From the NCBI RefSeq assembly GCF_006345805.1, contig NW_021830004.1, positions 1-5,587 on the forward strand: DNA of 5,587 nt, read 5' to 3'. Positions 1 to 5,587 of this stretch are shown in pieces. The position numbers and the translations under genes are program-made. Within the stretch, counting starts at the first letter, position 1. Each line of letters opens with the position of its first letter. The DNA comes from Octopus sinensis (lineage: Eukaryota). The notes beneath the pieces are model-generated. The model saw nothing but the letters and a program-made list of their open reading frames with translations, was not told the DNA's origin and did not search any database.

Positions 1-165
1 TATATAAATCAAAATATGCAACAAGGATATACTTGTGCTTATTTTGATTTTGATCACCTTACTTTGAAATTGTATGTATAATACCGTACTAAATTCTAGT
101 GCCTCAACTTAAGTACCATATTCATCTGAATCAAAATTTTTGCTGAACTCATCTACCATACTTAG

Positions 166-176
166 TATATATATAT

Positions 177-269
<93 letters not shown>

Positions 270-283
270 TATATATACATATA
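166..283. repeat. (TA)n microsatellite
   Basis: Nearly pure TA dinucleotide run with a few interruptions, directly upstream of the SINE 5' end. Confidence 0.97.
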
Positions 284-293
284 GGCGCAGGAG

Positions 294-347
294 TGGGTGC
301 GTGGTAAGTAGCTTGTTTACCAACCACATGGTTCCGGGTTCAGTCCC
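294..347 (+). promoter_or_regulatory. Degenerate internal RNA Pol III type 2 promoter of the SINE (A box 294-304, B box 337-347)
   Basis: TGGGTGCGTGG and GGTTCAGTCCC at tRNA-like spacing. Copy 2 has TGGCTATGTAG (5065-5075, minus) and an identical GGTTCAGTCCC (5022-5032, minus). Confidence 0.65.
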
Positions 348-445
348 ACTGCGTGGCATCTTGGGTAAGTGTCTTCTACTATAGCCTCGGGCCCGACCAA
401 AGCCTTGTGAGTGGATTGGTAGACGGAAACCGAAAGAAGCCGTCG

Positions 446-447
446 TA

Positions 448-486
<39 letters not shown>

Positions 487-517
487 GCGTGTGTGTGTGT
501 GTTTGTGTGTCTGTGTT
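446..517. repeat. Compound (TA)n(TG)n microsatellite inside SINE copy 1
   Basis: Seen directly. The matching tract lies at the same internal position in copy 2 (about 4846-4922), so it is part of the SINE body. Confidence 0.92.
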
Positions 518-1416
518 TGGTCCCCTAGCATTGCTTGACAACCGATGCTGGTGTGTTTATGTCCCCGTTACTTAGCGGTTCAGCAAAAGAGACCAATAGA
601 ATAAATACTGGGCTTACAAAAGAATAAGTCCCGGGGTCGAGTTGCTCGATTAAAGGCGGTGCTCCAGCATGCCGCAGTTAAATGACTGAAACAAGTAAAA
701 GAGTATATATATATATGATAATAAGATAAAGTACACTTGTAATTTTGATAAAATATATTCATGGAGAAGGGGCTGTGTGTAGAAATGTTGGTAAACATCA
801 TTTTATGGGCATTTGCCGAGTGTTTTGTATAGACATGTGGTATGTGCTACTATAACCGACTGTGTATCTACTTGAATATACTTGTATTTATTCATTTATC
901 GTACAGATGTACCTTGTTTTAGTTATATGTGCCTTTGTATGTCTTCAGACATATATGTTTGAGAATTTGTGTAAGAATTTTGGTTGCGTTTTCTCATTCA
1001 TGAACATTCTCACATTGCATTTTTAACTCATATACTAAGTATGACGACGTATATTTATGTATTTTGAAGGAAAGGTAGATTGGTGGGGCTGAAAAGTATT
1101 ATAAAGTATACGTTTACTAAGGTTCTGTAGTGGAGCTTGTAAAAGATTGTTCGGGGAAGTAGATAGAAGATATGATTATATAAAATGAATAGTATTTCCT
1201 CCTCAACAAAATCTAGAGAGGAAGCCATCAAAAGCCATCAAAACCTCATTTAAACCAATCTATCATAGTAAAGATCACACGCCAATCCCAACCCATGTGT
1301 TAGCAGGCAAGCGGCAAAGAAGAGTGCTTATAGACTACAACACAGCTGAGCTACACGTGTTGAGTTTTATGTAAGTTTAAAGAAAGGCGAGCCCACACAC
1401 AATATAAGTTCTTTTG

Positions 1417-1495
1417 CACATACACATATACGTATATATATATATGCATGTATGTATATATATATAGATATATATAATATATATATATATATATA
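1417..1495. repeat. (CA)/(TA)n microsatellite, left flank of the hammerhead array
   Basis: TA-rich dinucleotide run ending where the array starts (GTGACGTATTTTTGCC at 1496). Confidence 0.93.
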
Positions 1496-1649
1496 GTGAC
1501 GTATTTTTGCCATTTCAATATGGCTAACCCCTAAGGGTGGATGCTTACTGTAGTTTTTAGCCCCAGGAGGACACACTCCTCCAGATGGCCATAGACACAC
1601 TATCTGTGTCCTGTCAGTATTTGCAAAGGGAAGTCATCCTTCCCGTCTT

Positions 1650-1718
1650 CACTTATGATACACACGGACTCGAGTTTCGAGGTATTGACCTCTCGTCAGC
1701 GTGTGACAATCATAGTTG
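1650..1718 (-). ncRNA. Type I hammerhead ribozyme, intact core
   Basis: Minus strand reads CACACG-CTGACGA-GAGGT CAAT ACCTC-GAAA-C TCGA G-TC-CGTGTG. Predicted cleavage between 1667 and 1666. Confidence 0.93.
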
Positions 1719-1999
1719 TCGCCGAGAATTAGATTTCCTTCACAAATACTTATACTTTTTCCAGCGCCCACTGTCGCTGATATTGAAAAAGTGAAATCAA
1801 ACAATGATAAATATCAAAGTGAGTTTATACAGTAGCGGTAACACATCGTGACGTATTTTTGCCATTTCAATATGGCTAACCCCTAAGGGTGGATGCTACT
1901 GTAGTTTTTAGCCCCAGGAGGACACACTCCTCCAGCTGGCCATAGACCACTATCTGTATCCTGTCAGTATTTGCAAAGGGACGTCATCCTTCCCGTCTT

Positions 2000-2067
2000 C
2001 ATTATAGATACACACGACTCGAGTTTCGAGGTATTGACCTCTCGTCAGCGTGTGACAATCATAGTTG
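2000..2067 (-). ncRNA. Type I hammerhead ribozyme with a 1-nt deletion at the cleavage site / start of stem I
   Basis: CTGACGA (2042-2048, minus), stem II and GAAAC TCGA GTC are intact. It reads GTCGTGTG instead of GTCCGTGTG, and distal stem I has further indels. Confidence 0.8.
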
Positions 2068-2376
2068 TCGCCGAGAATTAGATTTCCTTCACAAATACTT
2101 ATACTTTTCCCAGCGCCCACTGTCGCGATATTGAAAAAGTGAAATCAAACAATGATAAATATCAAAGTGAGTTATATACAGTAGCGGTACACATCGTGAC
2201 GTATTTTTGCCTTAGGGGTTAGCCATATTGAAATGGCAAAAATACGTCACGATGTGTTACCGCTACTGTATATAACCCTTTTGATATTTATCATTGTTTG
2301 ATTTCACTTTTTAATATCAGCGACAGTGGGCGCTGGAAAAAGTATAAGTATTTGTGAAGGAATCTAATCTCGGCGA

Positions 2377-2446
2377 CAACTATGATTGTCACACGCTGAC
2401 GAGAGGTCAATACCTCGAAACTCGAGTCCGTGTGTATCATAAGTTG
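2377..2446 (+). ncRNA. Type I hammerhead ribozyme, intact
   Basis: Stem I CACACG(2390-2395)/CGTGTG(2429-2434), then a TGT/T internal loop, ATGAT/ATCAT and CAACT/AGTTG. Core CTGACGA 2396-2402. Stem II GAGGT/ACCTC with loop CAAT, 2403-2416. GAAA 2417-2420. Stem III within palindrome ACTCGAGT 2420-2427. GUC cleavage after 2428. Confidence 0.95.
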
Positions 2447-2723
2447 AAGACGGGAAGGATGACTTCCCTTGCAAATCCTGACAGGACACAGATAGTGTGT
2501 CTATGGCCAGCTGGAGGAGTGTGTCCTCCTGGGGCTAAAAACTACAGTAGCATCCACCCTTAGGGGTTACCATATTGAAATGGCAAAAATACGTCACGAT
2601 GTTTACCGCTACTGTATATAACTCACTTTGATATTTATCATTGTTTGATTTCCTTTTCAATATCAGCGACAGTGGGCGCTGGAAAAAGTATAAGTATTTG
2701 TGAAGGAAATCTAATTCTCGCGA

Positions 2724-2792
2724 CAACTATGATTGTCACACGCTGACGAGAGTTCAATACCTCGAAACTCGGTCCGTGTGTATCATAAGTTG
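2724..2792 (+). ncRNA. Type I hammerhead ribozyme, variant copy
   Basis: CTGACGA 2743-2749 and GAAA 2764-2767 intact. Stem II has G>T at 2753. The stem III loop is TCG (one A missing, palindrome broken). GUC ends at 2774. Confidence 0.85.
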
Positions 2793-3074
2793 AAGACGGG
2801 AAGGATGACTTCCCTTTGCAAATACTAACAGGACACAGATAGCGTGTCTATGGCCAGCTGGAAGATTGTGGTCCCTCCTGGGCCCTAAAAACTACAGTAG
2901 CATCCACCCTTAGGGTTAGCATATTGAAATGGCAAAAATACGTACGATGTGTTACCGCTACTTATATAACTCACTTTGATATTTATCATTGTTTGATTTC
3001 ACTTTTTCAATATCAGCGACAGTGGGCGCTGGAAAAAGTATAAGTATTTGTGAAGGAAATCTAATTCTCGGCGA

Positions 3075-3144
3075 CAACTATGATTGTCACACGCTGACGA
3101 GAGGTCAATACCTCGAAACTCGAGTCCGTGTGTATCATAAGTTG
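3075..3144 (+). ncRNA. Type I hammerhead ribozyme, intact
   Basis: Same sequence as 2377-2446: CTGACGA 3094-3100, GAAA 3115-3118, cleavage after 3126. Confidence 0.95.
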
Positions 3145-3334
3145 AAGACGGGAAGGATGACTTCCCTTGCAAATACTGACAGTGACACAGATAGTTGTCT
3201 ATGGCCAGCTGGAGGAGTGTGTCCTCCTGGGGCTAAAAACTACAGTAGCATCCACCCTTAGGGGTTAGCCATATTGAAATGCAAAAATACGTCACGATGT
3301 GTTACCGCTACTGTATATAACTCACTTTGATATT

Positions 3335-3337
<3 letters not shown>

Positions 3338-3381
<44 letters not shown>

Positions 3382-3418
3382 ATAATATAATATATATAAT
3401 ATATATATATATATATAT

Positions 3419-3450
<32 letters not shown>

Positions 3451-3488
3451 TATATGCATATATGTGCGCATTTGTGTGTGTATATACA
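3338..3488. repeat. (TA)n / (TATG)n / (TG)n compound microsatellite, right flank of the array
   Basis: Begins where the last partial unit stops (…CACTTTGATATTTAT). Confidence 0.94.
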
Positions 3489-3506
3489 TTCTTTATCCTA
3501 TTATTA

Positions 3507-3535
3507 TTTTTATTGTTTCAATCATTTGACTGCGG
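3507..3535 (-). mobile_element. Detached 3' terminus of SINE copy 2
   Basis: Minus strand reads CCGCAGTCAAATGATTGAAACAATAAAA, matching the copy 1 tail CCGCAGTTAAATGACTGAAACAAGTAAAA (672-700). This is the part missing from 4681-5085. Confidence 0.85.
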
Positions 3536-3910
3536 GGATCTAGTTATTTTTCATTCGCAAAATAATTCAGTTTTTAAAAGAAAGTAAAAAATATGAAAAT
3601 TGGCTATAATAATGTGGTCTTCCAGTTACATTGCTATCAAGGTATGATGTTATAGAATTTGATGTTACAGAGGTTTATATATGATGTTACAGTGGTTTAA
3701 AAATCGGAAAAACTCTGTATTTTGAGCCAATAGTAAGACAGAAATTTTCTGCGGTTAGTGGATTGGTGTCAACTTTGAGGTTGTACACTGTGAAATTTAT
3801 AGTTTCACGTCTGTGACATGACCTGTTCATTGTAGATTTCAAAATAAACAGAAATGCTTAATAAAATCGATATGTATCATTTTCCTGTTTCTTTTGTCTC
3901 CTTATTGATT

Positions 3911-4017
3911 GTATGTTTTTATTATTTTTTAATTTATCTTTATATATTTGTCTACATGTTTTTATTATTTTTTTAATTTGTTGTATTAATATATTTGTCT
4001 GTATGTTTTTAATTTAT
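3911..4017. repeat. Degenerate AT-rich ~43-47-bp tandem repeat (about 2.3 copies)
   Basis: ATGTTTTTA at 3913, 3956 and 4003; the first two continue TTATTTTTT(T)AATTT...ATATTTGTCT. Confidence 0.7.
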
Positions 4018-4141
4018 GCGTATTTCAATATTATGTATGCCTGTCATGTATTTGTGTACATCTTTAATATATAAGTGCGTGTGAATGTATGTATTCATAA
4101 ATAATTTTATATGTATATTAATGTATAATGTATTCATGCGC

Positions 4142-4149
4142 GTGTGTGT

Positions 4150-4181
<32 letters not shown>
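4142..4181. repeat. (GT)n microsatellite
   Basis: Seen directly, one phase break. Confidence 0.96.
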
Positions 4182-4183
<2 letters not shown>

Positions 4184-4310
4184 GGGGACGTGTCTCCAAA
4201 ACTCTAAAGTTGAGTAACGTTTTCATGCTTAGATTTGTAAACTAAGATAAGAATAACACTGGTCAACAACTAACACACAGAAGCACAGAAAAAATATGTA
4301 ATAAACTAAC

Positions 4311-4371
4311 GCCCCAGCATGGCCACAGCTCAAGAGCTGAAACTGGAAAACATAAACATAAACATAAACAC
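4311..4371 (+). mobile_element. 5'-truncated LINE/SINE 3' tail with (AAACAT)n terminal repeats
   Basis: GCCCCAGCATGGCCACAGCTCAAGAGCTGAAAC is homologous to the SINE tail GCTCCAGCATG(G)CCGCAGTYAAATGACTGAAAC and is followed by AAACAT x3. CACAGAAAAA at 4284-4293 and 4369-4378 is a possible TSD. Confidence 0.6.
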
Positions 4372-4459
4372 AGAAAAATTAAAACAAAACACGCGGGTGA
4401 AAAGAATCTTGTAGTGTGAAGAATCAAGAGTAAAAAATTCAACCAGAACACAGCGTGCG

Positions 4460-4507
4460 GTTGTCATGGTAACAAGACGCGAATGCCACGCTGTCTGCTG
4501 ATTGGCT
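4460..4507 (+). promoter_or_regulatory. Candidate RFX X-box (4460-4473) plus NF-Y/CCAAT Y-box (4498-4507)
   Basis: GTTGTCATGGTAAC fits the X-box consensus RYYNYYWWRRNRAC. CTGATTGGCT is a canonical reverse CCAAT box 24 bp downstream. Motif match only. Confidence 0.4.
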
Positions 4508-4680
4508 AAAATTATCCAAATTTCCCAACTTAAATTACAAATAACATCAGGTTTTTTTTAATTTACGAGATTAAGTAATTGGTTGATCGTAATTAAAAGT
4601 CAGAGTTTCATCGATACATCAAAACTGAAAGCAATCTGAGCAAAATTAAATGGGGCTCATTTTGCAAATAAAAAAGATCC

Positions 4681-4883
4681 GACTGCGGCCATGCTGGAGC
4701 GCAATCTTTAGTCGAGCAAATAAGCCCAGAACTGGGTAAGCGTAGTACTTATTCTATCGGTCTCTTTGGCCGAACCGCTAAGTTACGGGCACGTAAACAA
4801 AACAGCATCAGTTGTCAAGCAATGTTGGGGGGGGACAATCACAGGTACATAAATATATACACACACACATACACACGTGTATG

Positions 4884-4923
<40 letters not shown>

Positions 4924-5085
4924 GACGGGCTTCTTTCAGTTTCCATCTACCAAAACTACTCACAAAGCTTTGGTTGGCCCAAGGCTATAGTAGAAGACAC
5001 ATGCCCAAGGTTTCATGCAGTGGGACTGAACCCAGAGCCATGAAGTTGGTAAGCAAGCTACTTACTACATAGCCACTGCTGCGCT
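4681..5085 (-). mobile_element. tRNA-derived SINE copy 2 (main body, interrupted near its 3' end)
   Basis: Reverse complement is colinear with 284-679: A/B boxes, GTGTCTTCTACTATAGCC, GGAAACTGAAAGAAGCCCGTCG, internal microsatellite, CTTAGCGGTTC, GCTCCAGCATGGCCGCAGTC. Confidence 0.88.
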
Positions 5086-5086
5086 T

Positions 5087-5185
5087 GTATATATATACTA
5101 TACATATGTATGTGGGGGTAGGTGTGTGTATGTGGTATATGTGTGTGTACATATATATGTATCTCTCTCTCTCTCTTCTCTCTCT

Positions 5186-5246
<61 letters not shown>
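5087..5246. repeat. Compound (TA)/(TG)/(CT)n/(TA)n microsatellite
   Basis: Seen directly; (CT)n about 5162-5195 followed by (TA)n. Confidence 0.94.
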
Positions 5247-5249
<3 letters not shown>

Positions 5250-5462
5250 CTGTAATATATATGTGACATTATCGGGTGCCATAGCACTCCGAGTTTCGGA
5301 TTTTGGGCTGGAAACGTGGTCCGGCATCTCTTCAACTGAGATTTTCATAGCATATTTTGATAGCCACGTAACTGAAAAGATGCCGAGGGAGGTTTCCGCC
5401 CTAACATCCGAACTCGGAGTTTTATGTCAACCGAATAATTGTCACATATTATATTACAGATA
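5247..5462. repeat. Imperfect inverted repeat, ~88-bp arms (5247-5334 / 5373-5462) with 38-bp spacer; PLE-type inverted remnant or MITE
   Basis: Left arm TATCTGTAATATATATGTGACATTATCGGGTGCCATAGCACTCCGAGTTTCGGATTTTGGGCTGGAAAC...CGGCATCTCTTCA. Right arm reverse complement TATCTGTAATATAATATGTGACAATTATTCGGTTGACATAAAACTCCGAGTTCGGATGTTAGGGCGGAAAC...CGGCATCTTTTCA. Confidence 0.85.
5366..5427 (+). ncRNA. Decayed type I hammerhead-like motif (probably inactive)
   Basis: Stem I ACGTAA/TTATGT; CTGAAAA (for CTGANGA); long stem II GATG..AGGG.GG TTT CC.CCCT..CATC; CGAA-C TCGGA GTT. The opposite arm (minus strand) has TTGAAGA and CGAAAC TCGGA GTG, complementing these lesions. Confidence 0.5.
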
Positions 5463-5509
5463 AATTCCTCTGTTTACATATCGAAGTCTCTTTCATTCTT
5501 TTGTATTTT

Positions 5510-5587
5510 TACCAGACTTAAGAATATAAAAGCTTTGATCGATTTCTTCGACTATGCCATTTAGAACGGTGCTCCAACATGGCCACA
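5510..5587 (+). mobile_element. Diverged SINE/LINE 3' tail fragment running off the window
   Basis: GATCGATTTCTTCGACTA...CGGTGCTCCAACATGGCCACA matches GGTCGAGTTGCTCGATTA...CGGTGCTCCAGCATGCCGCA of SINE copy 1 (635-676). Confidence 0.65.

Larger units (their letters stand above)
284..704 (+). mobile_element. tRNA-derived SINE, apparently full length (octopus-type family), copy 1
   Basis: Starts GGCGCAGGAG, has A-box-like and B-box-like motifs, then CTTGGGTAAGT (resembles the start of a CORE-type domain), an internal (TA)/(TG) tract, and a 3' tail GCTCCAGCATGCCGCAGTTAAATGACTGAAACAAGTAAAAGAG. Colinear with a reverse-complement copy at 4681-5085 plus 3507-3535. Confidence 0.88.
1496..3337. mobile_element. 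Tandem array of ~350-bp hammerhead-containing units (non-LTR retrozyme / PLE-associated repeat) with an internal head-to-head inversion
   Basis: Landmark GTGACGTATTTTTGCC recurs at 1496, 1848 and 2196. Its reverse complement recurs at 2235, 2582, 2931 and 3281 (the last two with 1-nt deletions). Period 346-352 bp. Orientation flips at 2210-2211. Each full unit has one hammerhead motif. Confidence 0.9.
3536..4680. mobile_element. 1145-bp non-autonomous DNA transposon with terminal inverted repeats (TIRs) and 8-bp TSD; superfamily uncertain (Merlin- or Mutator-like GG ends)
   Basis: GACTGCGG is duplicated at 3528-3535 and 4681-4688. Left end GGATCT(AGTTA)TTTTTCATTCGCAAAAT; right end reverse complement GGATCTTTTTTATTTGCAAAAT. 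Removing it and one TSD restores a contiguous SINE tail. No transposase ORF. Confidence 0.85.

Noticed and set aside
1-165. Possible exon (minus-strand MVDEFSKNFDSDEYGT)
   Set aside because: Too short, no recognisable homology and no convincing splice-site pair.
284-352. Functional tRNA gene
   Set aside because: Only degenerate A/B boxes without a convincing cloverleaf, and it runs straight into SINE body present twice in the window.
109-541. ORFs of 61-74 aa rich in YI repeats (also 1367-1600, 3327-3587, 4822-5043, 5058-5348)
   Set aside because: They are translations of stop-free (TA)n/(TG)n tracts and SINE sequence, with no protein-family features.
1222-1243. AAGCCATCAA direct duplication
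   Set aside because: A 10-bp local tandem duplication with nothing between copies, consistent with slippage.
720-1416. Possible decayed Penelope ORF or hammerhead (CTGAAGA on the minus strand near 942-948)
   Set aside because: No GAAA core or stems at the right spacing, and the parts I translated by hand show stops and no convincing RT or GIY-YIG motif. Left unannotated; BLASTX would decide.
2212-2234. Palindrome centre as a missed sequencing-adapter artefact
   Set aside because: The spacer is unit-derived sequence, the arms have unequal unit numbers, and the outer flanks are not mirror images. Not fully excluded without reads.
2504-2514. TGGCCAGCTGG as a Pol III A box within the retrozyme unit
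   Set aside because: Poor consensus match, no B box downstream, and the sense strand has a T5 run (2308-2312) that would terminate Pol III.
2354-3261. Repeated ORFs in the array (DNYDCHTLTRGQYLETRVRVYHK...)
   Set aside because: Short, mostly non-ATG starts, frames vary between units, no RT or nuclease motifs; the sequence is explained by ribozyme structure.
1496-3337. CRISPR array or plain satellite DNA
   Set aside because: No unique spacers or cas genes and the context is eukaryotic. Low copy number, the inversion and a hammerhead in each unit argue against an ordinary satellite.

Overview
Non-coding, AT-rich, microsatellite-rich animal genomic DNA; the SINE family looks like octopus/cephalopod repeats (my recollection, not a search result). 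None of the ORFs is a credible protein gene. The main element is a ~350-bp tandem array (1496-3337) in which every unit carries a type I hammerhead ribozyme: CUGACGA...GAAA core, GUC cleavage site, and a short stem III formed by the palindrome ACUCGAGU. This is the architecture of a non-LTR retrozyme or Penelope-like-element (PLE)-dependent repeat. About 2 units lie on the minus strand and about 3.2 on the plus strand, joined head-to-head at 2210-2211, forming a palindrome with ~715-bp arms inside a (TA)n tract. A second ~216-bp inverted repeat (5247-5462) appears to hold a decayed hammerhead of a different family in the same divergent layout. The window also has two tRNA-derived SINE copies in opposite orientation. 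The second is split by a 1145-bp non-autonomous DNA transposon (GGATCT...AGATCC ends, 8-bp target-site duplication (TSD) GACTGCGG), which itself contains a short retroposon 3' tail.
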